Under the pieces are notes generated by a model that searched no databases, was not told the DNA's origin, and saw nothing but the letters and a program-made list of their open reading frames with translations. From Felis catus (lineage: Eukaryota), in the NCBI RefSeq assembly GCF_018350175.1, contig NC_058368.1, forward strand, positions 77,006,001 through 77,070,000: 64,000 nucleotides of DNA. The letters run 5' to 3'. A program made the position numbers and the translations under genes. Within the stretch, counting starts at the first letter, position 1, and every line of letters begins with the position of its first letter. Shown one piece after another: positions 36,836-48,549 of this stretch.

Positions 36836-38226
36836 AAAATCGAAGCTCTGGAAACAGCCTCCCTGGTGACCGGGGAAGGGAGGCGCCATGTTCTCGCGGT
36901 GCTGGTGTTCACAGCTGACACAAGACCACACTACCACGCAGACAGACCCTCACACGCTTGTCTCATGAAAATGGCGTGTGGGCAGGAAGGGACGTCGTCT
37001 CTGGAATGAAGCGTGTGTGAAATGTTTGCTGAGCCTCTTCAGGGGGATCGGTCAGACCGCCACACACTCAGGACTGTTTCTCTTTGCCTCTTACCTCTGC
37101 GTCACAAGCCTGAAGGCTCCGAGGGCAGCGGCCCCTGGTTCTGAGGGCGCACTCGCTTCCTGTTTACCACCACGGGACACGACTATTTTCCGAGCCATTC
37201 TAATGAGATACAATGCGTCTTGGGAAAACACGAGGAAACTGGGGATTTAAAAACAAGAAGGTTAGGTGACATGAGAACTCTCTCGGTGATGGATTCTGAG
37301 AAGGTGACAAGGCTAGCAGTGAGTTCACCAAAGGGCCCAGGAGCCAGGAGGGAAGTCCTCAGAAGGACCCCTTGGCATGGGGTGGCCGGTGCGTAGGGCA
37401 TCCAGAGCTTTGCAGCCTCACATCCTCACCCATCTCCTTGCTTCAAGTTACGACTGGTCTATTTTTTTTTCACGATGATGGCAAATGTGTGGGCAGACAA
37501 TCTCCAATCAAGCTTCCGACCCCTCATTAATTTGTAATAGAGTCGATCGTGGTCACTAAATATAAAACAATTTACCTGCACTTAGAAAGGAATCGGCTCA
37601 GTGCGCTGGGTGACCACAGGGCATTTGTCTATTCCACTTCCCCCAGGCTGTCTTTTCTTCCAAAGCCTTCTCGCTGGCACGCCTACAGAGAGGACCACAG
37701 ACAAAGCTCCCAGCGCCCCCAAGCAGCCCCAAGCTGTCCACGGAGGTTGGTCTAGTATTAGCTGTTTGCTTTCATCCACGGCCCATTTTACTCCTCCCCG
37801 CCCTCTGCACCACTTAGGAGACACCGAAGGAACAACCTTATTCATGGCCCTCGAGCTACTGCTGTCTCAGGAACAATATATTCTTAAGCACTACATGCAT
37901 CCGAGATTTGTCTCGATGTGGTCCGTTTATTTTAATTTGGGACTGTCAGTGGGAAAAAAAAAAAAGCAATTAAGCTCGTGACTGGCACAGCTAACGATTT
38001 CAGTCCTGACGTTACGGCCTTATCCCGACTCGTTTCACTATATATTTCTTCCACCTGTCAGATCAAAGTCTCAACTCCTAAAACTCAGCCATGCTTTCCT
38101 TAATTACTTCACACGATGAATTTGCAAAGGATAGTTCTATGTGATTTATGTCATTTTTAGCTTTGGTCAGTTTTTGTGGGGGGCGCTCTCTTCACTGAGA
38201 AAGCGTGTTTTAAAAGTTGCATTACA

Positions 38227-38452
38227 GGGGCGCCTGGGTGGCGCAGTCGGTTAAGCGTCCGACTTCAGCCAGGTCACGATCTTGCGGTCCGTGAGTTCGA
38301 GCCCCGCGTCGGGCTCTGGGCTGACGGCTCAGAGCCTGGAGCCTGTTTCCGATTCTGTGTCTCCCTCTCTCTCTGCCCCTGCCCCGTTCATGCTCTGTCT
38401 CTCTCTGTCCCAAAAAATAAATAAATGTTGAAAAAAAATTAAAAAAAAAAAA
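38227..38452 (+). mobile_element. Young felid SINE
   Basis: Nearly identical to 36612-36835 (only a handful of differences). Confidence 0.97.
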
Positions 38453-38866
38453 GTGTTACACAGAAAGGTTTTCAATAATATGTTGCCTCTTAACTAGAAT
38501 GCGGCAGAAACCTGTTACTCCGTTTGGAGATCACGTTTGAAGATCATAGATTTCCTTGTTGCTCTCTGCAGATTCTCTGAGCCGTGCCCCACTTTTCCTC
38601 CTATGCCTCAGTTTCTCTCCTGTGCCTGAATAATTCACACATGGTGTCTACAGCATCACTTCCAGGCTTCTCTTCCCTCCTTCTTGCCTCCTGTTTCCTG
38701 TCGAGATGAGTGAGTGTAAATTTATTTGACATTATTAAATTTGTTTTCTCCAAAATTAAAGTTGGGGGTTGACTTAGACAATTTGCAGTCATTGTTTAAA
38801 GGCATTTTTGTTTTTTTCTTCTACCTTCCTCATCCTTTCCTGTTTACTTTTCTTCCTTTAAAAAAA

Positions 38867-39083
38867 ATTTTTTTTTATTATATTTGTTTATTTTTGAGAG
38901 ACAGAGTGAGACAGAGCAGGAGCGGGGGAGGGGCAGAGAGAGGGGGAGACAGAGAATCCGAAGCAGCTCCAGGCTCCGAGCCATCAGCACAGAGCCTGAC
39001 ACGGGCCTCGAACCCATGAACCGTGAGATCATGACCTGGGCCGAAGTCGGACACTTAACCAACTGAGCCACGCAGACGTCCCC
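38867..39083 (-). mobile_element. CanSINE
   Basis: Antisense body ending gagccacgcagacgtcccc. Confidence 0.94.
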
Positions 39084-40342
39084 ATCTTTTTTCTTTTCTT
39101 TTTTTATTTTTTTATACAATGGCTGGATGGAATGTCTCTCAGAAAAAGCTCACCAGAATTTGCTGTGTATGCTTTTGAATACAAGGTACAAAATGGCCCC
39201 TCCCTACTTCCACAGCCCAGATCCTTCACTGAAACTGGAAAAACCATCTGTCTGTCACCTCAGTCCTTGCTCTGGGAATGTGGTTTCAGGTTGGGGCTGA
39301 CAGCCTCTTGGCCCCTGTGCTCTGAAAATATTTACTTAGTAGGGTCTCTGCTTCTGTCCCAAGGAGTCTGGGGTCTTGATTTTCAAAGCGCTGAGGGGGT
39401 TTCATGGAGGAGGCAGCCGCCTCAGAGACTGGTGATTTGGCAAAGTAGGAATGGAAAAAAACCCTGAAAGTAAAGATCTTTCAAGAGATTGTCAACTGCT
39501 AGCCAAGCAGATTCAGAACACATTTACGACAACTCACTAAGGTACAAATTTATAAATGGAATAAACCAAGGAACTTGGGTCTCAAAATAAATATGTCAGC
39601 ACACGTAGTCTTGCATTCATTAAAAAAAAAAATCCCACGACTGTGATATAAAGATCATAAATATTAATATTCTCCCTTTTTATTCAAAATTATAGTCATG
39701 ACAGAATTGTCCATATGGCCAAAAGAGAATAATATTGCCAAAAATCTTTAATAAAATCTTCTTTATTATGAGAGGGATACAAACCATATTATAGCTTATA
39801 CAGAAAATAGATGGAAATAATCAACTATAATTGCACCTGCCTTATAAAACTACTCTGTTTTTCTGAGTGCCTTTCTTTCCAGGTAATTTTACTGAGGTAC
39901 AATTTAAGTAGGAATGGAATAAAACATTTACATTGTAATCAGAGTTTAAATATGCTTTCGCGCATTATTTAGTTCCCTCTATAACATGTTTTGTATTCTA
40001 GTCTGCATATTATTTCTTTAAGTAAATACACTCTAATTTACTTATTTCACTATTTGGGGATATTTTTTCCTGGTTTTTTTTTTTTTAATTTTTTCGTTTT
40101 CTTGCATTTTGTTTTTAGTATTATACATAATACTAGAATGAACAACCTGGGGCATGCAAGCATTTTAGATTAGTTTTTTAGGCTAGATTCCCATTAATGC
40201 AATTCCTGCAACAAAGTTCTTAATATATCTACTGCCAAATTATTTTTCTTTTAAAGGGTTGGTTGTATCAATTTACAATGTCAAAAGCAATACATAGAAT
40301 GCCAACCTTGCTATACTTCAGGTGGCATCATGCTATTATAAC

Positions 40343-40567
40343 TTTTTTTTTTAATTTTTTTTCAATGTTTTTTATTTATTTTTGGGACAGAGAGAGACAG
40401 AGCATGAATGGGGGAGGGGCAGAGAGAGAGGGAGACACAGAATCGGAAACAGGCTCCAGGCTCGAGCCATCAGCCCAGAGCCTGACGCGGGGCTCGAACT
40501 CCCGGACCGCGAGATCGTGACCTGGCTGAAGGCGGACGCTTAACCGACTGCGCCACCCAGGCGCCCC
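40343..40567 (-). mobile_element. Young felid SINE
   Basis: cggaccgcgagatcgtgacctggctgaag...gactgcgccacccaggcgcccc; TSD taacttttttt. Confidence 0.97.
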
Positions 40568-40850
40568 TAACTTTTTTTAATTCAAGTATAATTAACACAT
40601 CCAGTGTTACATTAGTTTCGAGTATACAATATGATGATTCAACGATCCTATAGATTTCTCAGTGCTCACCACCTAGTTCACCCCTCCTCTCCCCCGCTCC
40701 CCCACCCCGCCCTCCGGTGACCCCCAGTTTGTTCTCTATATTTAAGAGTCTGGGGGTTTTTTTGTTTATTTTTTTGTTTCTGTCTCTCTTTTCTTTCTTT
40801 GTTTTGTTTCTTAAATTCCACATACGAGCGAAGTCATATGGTATTTGTTT
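40568..40850 (-). mobile_element. 5'-truncated carnivore L1 3' end
   Basis: ttcaagtataattaacac...cagtttgttctctatatttaagagtctg...ttaaattccacatacgagcgaagtcatatggtatttgt; TSD tg(c/t)tattataacttt. Confidence 0.88.
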
Positions 40851-41049
40851 TGTTATTATAACTTTAAAAACTGATTTACTAATCTACTGGCGAAAGCGCT
40901 TCTCATTGACATTTACATCTTTGATTAATTGCGAGGGTCTGTATGTTTCCTATGTAGCTTACTAGTTGTAGCTCTGCCTTGCTGGATTATCTATTCATTT
41001 AGCTCTACATTTCCAGATGTGTTTTAGTCATCTCCTCTCTTCCCATTTA

Positions 41050-42365
41050 GATGATTGATTTTCAACTCTCATCTTACTGACGTGCTTGATTACTCCTCTT
41101 TCTTAAACCATTTTCTCCCTTTGGCCACTCTCACACCTCCCTCTCTTGTTTTCTTCTCTCACTGGCACTTTCTCTTCTGTTTCTTTTTCGGGCATCCCTT
41201 CGTCTCTTGCACCTCAAATATTTGGGGTTTCTTTGTTCTGCACACTCTTCTCACTTGCCGCCCTCTTGCTGGATGATTTCATCCATCCCCATGGCTCTAA
41301 ATATAATTCATGTATAGATGACTTATGTATTCAGCCAGATAGTTCCTCTGACTCATATTTCTAATTATCTACAGTACATCTCTAACTAAACATCTCAAAG
41401 TTAACATATCTGCGGCTGAACTCCGGATTTTCCCCCAAATCTGTTCCTCCCCGTCATCCCCATCTCGGTGATGGCATCCCACCCACCAGGTGGCTAGGAT
41501 GAGAAACTCTGGCAGCCTCTTGCACTGGTCACCACGCAGCCAGAAGTTTGTGTCAAAAACAAAACTAGATTGTGTCTCCCTTGTTGATTGTGCTTCCAAA
41601 GCTCTCCGTTGCACGTATTATAAAATCCAAATTCCTAGAAGACCTAGAAGTGGCCTAGAAGACCACACAGGATCTTCCCCTGCCTACTTTAGCAGCCTTC
41701 CCTCTTGCCACCGTTCATCTTGCTGTCCAGCCGCATCGACCTCCTTGCCCCTTCTTTTGCCATGCCGAGCACTGTCCTGAATCAGGGACTTCGATGCTCC
41801 TGGATCATGTGTTCCCTGAGTCCTCACCTGGATCTTAATTCTGCTTTGCTTTATTTATTGTTTTAAAAAATGTTCATGTATATTTATTTCTGAGAGAGGG
41901 AAAGAGCGAGCACGAGTGAGGAAGGGGCAGAGAGAGGGGGACAGAGGGTCCAAAGCAATTTCTGTGCTGTGAGGGCAGAGCCCAATGCAGGGCTCACACT
42001 CACAAACCGTGAGATCATGACCCAAGCCAAAATCAAGAGTCGGCCGTTTAACCGCCTGAGCCGCCCAGGCGCCCCCCATTCCACTTTGCTTTAATGCTTC
42101 CTTTTCAGAGAGAAGGTTCCTCGCCTCCCTATCCAAATTTCCCCCCCTCCTTTTAATTTCTGTAGTAGGATTTGTTTCCTTGGTAACCCTCATCACAGTC
42201 TGAAGCTAAACCATTTGTCACTTTACCTGCTCTTCAATTGTCTCTCACTCTGATTATAAACTCCACGGGGCAAGGATCATGTCTGTTTATTCCATTATGC
42301 CCTGCACCGACACAGCGCCTGTCACAGTGCAGCACCCAGAGCATTGAGTAGATGTGCACCAACAG
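41050..42365 (+). mobile_element. L2 LINE, RT remnant through 3' end, interrupted by a SINE
   Basis: ORF 41146-41364 (FSSLTGTFSSVSF...DFIHPHGSKYNSCIDD) is a decayed L2 RT segment including the YADD position; L2 tail at 42250-42365. Confidence 0.85.
41853..42075 (-). mobile_element. CanSINE
   Basis: Antisense body; TSD attc(tg/ca)ctttgcttta. Confidence 0.94.
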
Positions 42366-42419
42366 CATTTTATGTTGTCTTTTGACAGTAAAGACTCACT
42401 GAAAGATTTTCATGACTGG

Positions 42420-43000
42420 ATTGGGGTTGGGGAAGATCCTTGGGCAGAAGCCTGGAGGTCGGATTACAGACGTATGAAGTTGGAAACCACGTGACCCAAT
42501 TAGGTAGCTGTTGTGGCCTTGTGTCTAGAGATGAAGGGTCTACACTACGGACATAAGACATCTAATATACTAAGTAGAGTGCTGAGTGCAGACACCCGAG
42601 TCCATTCAGGTGACAACCAGCAAACTCTGCCTTGTGAAAGAATTGCGGCGGGGCAGTAGGGACAGAAGATAATTGCTTGAGGTTGCGGACAGAACGAGAG
42701 AGCTGAGGCAAGCAGGGCTGAATATTCTCTTAGGTGCTTGGCTACGAAGGAAAGAAGAGAGAGGGTGGGACAGAGAGAGGTGTGTGGGCTTGAAGGGAAG
42801 ACTTGTAACTTTAAAGGAAGCGGCTTGAACATGGGCTCTGGTTCCATAGGGAGCACAGATAGCGTGGACAAGGAGAGGTCAGATGTACAGTAGAGAAAGG
42901 CCCACGGGGAGCAAGCCCAGTTTGTTCGGATGATGTGTGGCGTGCAGGTGGGGGCGGCGTCAGTCTTGAAGACGAGAAAGGAGACACTTCTTTCTCTCTG
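42420..43000 (-). mobile_element. L2 ORF2 (RT) remnant
   Basis: Minus-strand translation ...CPTLSLLSFVAKHLRE...PQAIIFCP... resembles RPISLLPFLAKLLE...LQSGFRP of L2/CR1-type RT. Confidence 0.65.
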
Positions 43001-44084
43001 AAACAAGTAAACAAGGTCATGGGGGGGGGGTGCAGAAATAGCTACGTCGGCAGTATTGTCATTAGCATTGTCCTCATCCTTGTAGTTTTGATGAAAGCTC
43101 ATCGAGGGTGGGACAGATGTTACCTTTTGTTGGCCTCTTGCCAAATGCAGACCTAATTTTGGAGCGAAGAGAAGCCCACACATCAGACGTTCCTATGCAA
43201 GGTGAGGATTTTATCCCACAAGGCATATTCACCCCAATGCATTCTAACTCTGAAAGCCACTGACAGGCCACAGGCAGACATCTTTAACCAAAGAGCCAGC
43301 CTCTCAGCTTGTGATTTGTCCGATTTCTCCTCTGTTGTCATTCTGTGTGTTCCACAGCTGGGCAGGAACCTATTCTTTGCCACATCAAAACACTTCTGCA
43401 ACCTGTTGCCCATATTTCTCGGGAGAGATGGGCTGGCCCTCCTTCATGCTCACTTATTGAATTAGGAAAACCAACAGTGGGGACTAGTGGCTTTGTTTCT
43501 CTTACACCGATGACAACGATATACGACTGTACCCGCAGATCTGCTGCCCACCCAGACATTTCCACGTTGTTTTGTTGGTCCTTTCGGCTTTGTGGGCACA
43601 GAATACCAGGCAGGGGAGCAGGGGAGAGCCACGACAAAGCCGAGAGAGTCAAAGCTTCCCATGTCTTCACAGCCAGCTGCACAAATGAGCCCCAAGTTCT
43701 GAAAAGACAGTCAGGCCACAGGTATCCTACCATTAGCGGGCAGGATGGCGCATGGTAGCAGGCCACCCTAGGCCTCTTAATCCTCAGGGCTGTCAGCCAC
43801 CTCTCCCCGTGACACCTGTTAACGTGGGAGAAACACAAACAACAGAGAGTCTCGGCCTAACTCTTGCTCTGCGCTTCCTTTGCTCTAGCTTCCTGCTGAA
43901 GCCCGGCTGATTTTGTTCTCAGTGTGAAAGTCATTTTAGATCCTGTCTACGGAATTGTGTAGTGGCCTCTAGTTAATCCTGGTGGGATGTTATTACTGAC
44001 CGGACGAGTTCAGGGAGGAAATGGCAGCTTCAGGAAGGAAGGTTCTCTACATGATGAATTTCAGCAAAAAATAGGAGTGTCTGT

Positions 44085-44172
44085 GTATATGCATATATAT
44101 ACATATATACATACTTAAGATATACTTAATATATCTTATATATACTACCATAAACTGAATATATATATGTAT
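44085..44172 (+). repeat. (TA)-rich low-complexity tract
   Basis: Read directly. Confidence 0.85.
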
Positions 44173-44949
44173 GCACTAGTTCCTTATATCTCTTAAACTC
44201 AGAAGAAAATTCTCCTCTTGCTTGTGTACAGCTGGGCTTTTCTGGAAGTTGGAATGGGGGGGGCACGAAAACACTCAACGTGCAGAGGTTATGAGTGTCA
44301 GCTGATCCTCAGACATAGGGGTCTTTTGAATGGGTGACATACCTCCAGAGGTTTGACATATCATTGACTCTCAGAAGTTATAGCTGTACACGTTCACATA
44401 CGCATGGAATTCATGTGCATGTATTGGGAATGCAGTGTTGATTCACGTATGCTAATTGGCCTCCACGTATAACTTGCATAAATATGTTAAAAGTCGTTCA
44501 ATGGGCTCCACTAACATAGATTCTGCTTCTAGACTTTTGGAAATATCTGCGTATGCCTGCTTACCCTTCCGCACTAACATGACACCAGTAAATGGGTAGC
44601 TGCAAGTGACCGGTGAGCCGAAAGCACAGAGGGTGAATATTTCACCAAGGGTCCTGGCACGGGTGAATGCCACCTCTGTGTGTCTGCCTTGTATGTCAGG
44701 TCTGTAGATTTGCAGCCAGCATTCCATGGGGCTCAGAATTACGTAGGCTCTCTCAGCAGAATGATGCGATCAGTGTCTGAATGACCTTGCCGCCCTCCCC
44801 CACTAGTGGTCACCCAGTCTGCTGGAACAGGTTCGTCAACGTCCACTGTAATTTACAGGGATTGTAAGAAACAAAGTTAACCTAGGGAATAACTACTGTG
44901 CATGTTTCACCTATTTCCTCCCAGGAATTTATTAAGTATATACTACATG

Positions 44950-45500
44950 GGAAACATAAGGTGCCTAGTTGTATCTCTTTTTTTCCCCACCTAGTGTTAC
45001 ACCATAGGCGTATCTCCTGCTCAGGAAGGGGACTTTGTAATGCCTCTGTGCCTTCGTCCACCGTCTGTACCAATGTACCAATAATGTAATTATCTACTCT
45101 CCTGACGTTCGCCGTGAACAAGTGTCCATGTTGGCCACTATAAATAATACCGTTACAGATAACGCTGTAATAACTGAATGTGCCCATCTCTATTTCCTTA
45201 AGATAGATTCTGCACAGCAGAATCAATTTTAGTGTTTTAATCCACATTCATCGAATACTCCTAAGAAGCATGTGCCAAATTATAGACCTAATATGCTTCT
45301 TTTGCTAAAAAAGGGAGATTATCCTCACCATTATCATTGTCAAACATTTTTTTAAAAACCTTTTGTTAATTTGATAGGAACTAAATGGTATCCCATTGTT
45401 CGAAACCATCTCTCTCTGCTTGCCAGTGAGAGTAATCATTTTCCATCACCCACTTGAAATTTTTCTGTGATTCATTTACTGAGGCTCAATTTTTTTTTTT
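44950..45500 (-). mobile_element. Old L1M fragment
   Basis: tatttccttaagatagattct, gtgccaaattata, ttttgttaatttgatagg...aaatggtatcccattgtt. Confidence 0.6.
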
Positions 45501-45538
45501 TTAAGTTAAAATGATGTTCTAAAATTTCCCTTATCTCT

Positions 45539-45713
45539 CAGTCATGCTCAGCCTTGGCTACATAGTAGAATCGTCCGGGGCTTTCAGAAAGGTACTGCCG
45601 ATGCCAGACTCCTCCCCAGGGATTCCAGTTCAGTTGGCCTGGGTTGGGGTTACTAGCTTTGGCATTTTTTTCAGCTTCCCAGATGATTCTGTTGCCAGAG
45701 TTGAGGTCCACTG
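45539..45713. mobile_element. MER5-like hAT-Charlie MITE
   Basis: cagtcatgctcagccttggctacatagtagaatc...gcttcccagatgattct...gccagagttgaggtccactg. Confidence 0.75.
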
Positions 45714-45819
45714 ATCTAGACTCTCCAGATATTAACTGGCTCTCTTGTTATACTTTTCTGTTTACTTTTTAGATATTTTTCACAGATGTTTGCATTCTTT
45801 AAATAAAGTCCAGGCACGG

Positions 45820-46060
45820 ATTCCAGAGAGTGTAAAGTATGTAATCAGAAGTCAGACTACCTGGCTTAGATCCTGTCTTTGTCCTTCGTAAGCGACGGCA
45901 TCTTGAGTAAATCACGTCCTCCCTTATTGTCTCAGTTTTCTCTGCAGCAAAGTGGGGTTAATTTAGAGTATACCTCATACATTTGATAGAGAGATTAGTA
46001 TTTATGAAGTGCATATGACAGTATCTGATACATGCAAGCATCAGATAAGTCTAAACAGTG
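45820..46060 (+). mobile_element. MIR SINE
   Basis: gaagtcagactacctggcttagatcctgtcttt...ttgagtaaatcac...tctcagttttctctgcagcaaagtgggg. Confidence 0.75.
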
Positions 46061-47127
46061 TTTTTCTCTGAGCATTTCTTTCATGGTTTTCTTCTAAGAA
46101 AGTCTTTTCCTCCCCTGAGATCAGGTGAATCATAATGTATATTAAACCCTAAGTTTTTCGGTTTTAGTTTTCCATTTGTCATTGCCTCTTACATCTCGAT
46201 CTCACTGAGACCCGGGATGAAGTTGGTGGAAAAAGGAAGAAACCCCGAGGGCCTGATGTACAATTTCCCCAAATCCGAGTTCCACCTGAGCCACTTATTT
46301 GTGATTTTAGGATCCCGGTAACATTTGTTTTCTGACATTATCTCTTGACTTTCAACACCCATGTAAAATGACCTTAATGGGTACTTTGATGTATTTTGGA
46401 AGCACGTCCCCTGCTTGCCTTGGGCCTCGTGGCCCCGTGTTCGTCGGCACACCCCTCCAGATCCAAATACTAATGATGACAGGTTCAACATTCCTCTGCA
46501 AAAATCAAAGGGAAATAGTATTATCACAGGCATATGAGATGAGTGGATGCAAAATGACCTAGGGCCATTATTGCAAAGCGTTTTACTTCCTTGGTATCTG
46601 GAAAAGGTGATTAATGACGCGAAGATTGGAAATTTGATTACAGGAGTTTGAAATGAGCCGTAATAACATTATGAAAAAGCACATCTTCGTAGCTTTTGTG
46701 CTCTCACTTATCACCACCTTCTGCACACACATTCATTCCTCTCTTCAGGTCCCCCGTATGTTGGACGCCAACCTCAGTGTTGGGAGTTCATAAATTATAC
46801 TGCACAATAAGTTAAATGAAAGTTGAATACGTTGCAAAAACAGCAGTAAAATCTTTACGAATTTCACTTGAGGGGAGTGGGTACACATCTTTGTCCTTAT
46901 CAAGTTTCTATCTGCTCTTTGGGAGCGGCTCGCCATGCATAACTTGCTTTCAGGACTGATAGCATCAGCAAACCCAGAGAAGGGGGGTTGGAGGGGCTCC
47001 GGCAAGCACCACCCGGAGGACATCAGGAGTCTCGGCTGGTAGGTCTGTGTCAACTTCAGTTCTGTTGTCCTGTCTTTATTTCCCAAGATGCAACAACAAC
47101 GATAGAGACTATTGCAACGCATGTCTT

Positions 47128-47328
47128 GGGGGGCGCGTGTGTGGCTCAGTCAGTGAAGTGCCTGACTTCACCTCAGGTCATGATCTCACTGTTCCTGAGT
47201 TCAAGCCCCGCGTGGGGCTCTGTGCTGACGGCTCATAGCCTGCTTGGAATTGTGTCTCTCTCTCTCTCTGCCCCTCCCCCACTCGCACTCTGTCTCTCTC
47301 AAAAATAAACAAACATTAAAAGAAAAGA
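47128..47328 (+). mobile_element. CanSINE
   Basis: Full body; degenerate TSD aacgcatgtctt / aacgaacgtctt. Confidence 0.94.
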
Positions 47329-47849
47329 AACGAACGTCTTAAAAGTACCAAGGTACTTGATCCAGTTTAGCAAGGCTTTGGATATTTGCATTCTTTCTAT
47401 CTTATAAAATATACCCACGAAAGGCTACTAAGTGACTAGATTTTCCTGCTCTGAATCTCTGAAATAAAGAAACAGTGCCCACTTTTTTTCTTTTAACTTT
47501 TATGGCGATCGGGTTTTTAGATACAGGATTCTTAAAATCAGGAGTGCTCATATTAGCAAAGGTGCCCAGTGGCCTGACAGCCGACTTTCAGGCGGGTGCT
47601 GAGCCGGAAACCTGGCAGAGGGAAATATTGTTGGATGCCCCAGAAGTGATTTGCTCTATTACAGCACAATAAATGTATCATCTGGGTCACTGACTTGTGT
47701 GCCATTGATTTAGGAAGTCTAATATCCCATATAAATGAAAAATATTGGAGTACACCGTCCTGTAGTCTATGTCGAGTCGGTTTCCCCCAGTCATAATAGA
47801 ACTCCTGTAAGTTGTATTAACTTGGAGGCCACCGGGGTCCCCTTTAGTG

Positions 47850-48490
47850 CGAGGAGACCGTTGATTAAATTTCTGCTCACGCAGCTCCTGACCGTGCTGA
47901 ACCCACTCCCAGGGCCTGAGCCTTAGGAGAACCCAGCTCTCCGGATTCTGGATTGCGTGGCCACCGGCTGATGCGGGGGGAGGGGCGGGAGGCGAGCAAT
48001 GACTTCTCACGACGACTCCAGGCGGCAGGAAGGCGCGCGTCCCCGCGGGTCACGTTCCGCTTGTTTACCCGCTGCGCCCGCTTCTGTTGCGCATTTCTTT
48101 TGTTCCTCCCAGGCGTAATCTCTGCGGCACATGGAGCCCGGACAATGCAGATGACCCTGTCTCCGATCATCAGAGCGCTCTGTCAAGATATTGTTGTCCC
48201 TCGCTGGGCCCAAGTCCCATTTTTAGTAGGAGAGAGGAAAAAAAAAAAAAAAAGAAAAGAAACAATGGAGACAAATTTAGACCCTGATGGGAAAAGAAAA
48301 GCAAGGCCCTGTCCGCCCCCAGCCCTGCGGGGCCACGCCCACCCGTCCCTTTCCTGGAACCTTGTCCAGGATTCCCTGCCGCTCGCCCGGAGGAGCCCTG
48401 GAACCCCAAGCAGAAGAGGATGATGAACTTGTGCTACCCCTCCCCCCGCCACCCCACCCCCAGCGTCCACGCTAGCTTCACGTCCCAGGC
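47850..48490. promoter_or_regulatory. CpG-island-like element (candidate promoter/enhancer)
   Basis: About 25 CpG in 47941-48180 by manual count, non-repetitive; GC box GGGGCGGGAG at 47982; forkhead motif TGTTTAC at 48062. Confidence 0.65.
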
Positions 48491-48500
48491 AGCCCTTCTT

Positions 48501-48503
<3 letters not shown>

Positions 48504-48547
<44 letters not shown>
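48504..48547 (+). repeat. (AC)22 microsatellite
   Basis: Read directly. Confidence 0.98.

Positions 48548-48549
<2 letters not shown>

Larger units (their letters stand above)
39960..40960 (-). mobile_element. Old L1M fragment hosting younger insertions
   Basis: ttatacataatactagaatgaacaacc, ggctagattcc, ttgtatcaatttaca, tttacatctttgattaattg resemble decayed antisense L1. Confidence 0.55.

Noticed and set aside
36580..36921. Recurrent similar ORFs (HERGRGRERGRHRIGNRLQ... etc.) suggesting a gene family
   Set aside because: They are translations of SINE copies.
46217..46321. 34-aa micro-ORF MKLVEKGRNPEGLMYNFPKSEFHLSHLFVILGSR with C/G-ending codons
   Set aside because: Too short, unrecognised, and without supporting transcript signals.
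47953..48423. 156-aa ORF across the CpG island
   Set aside because: Non-ATG start, GC-rich stop depletion, runs through a poly-A tract, and no recognisable domain.
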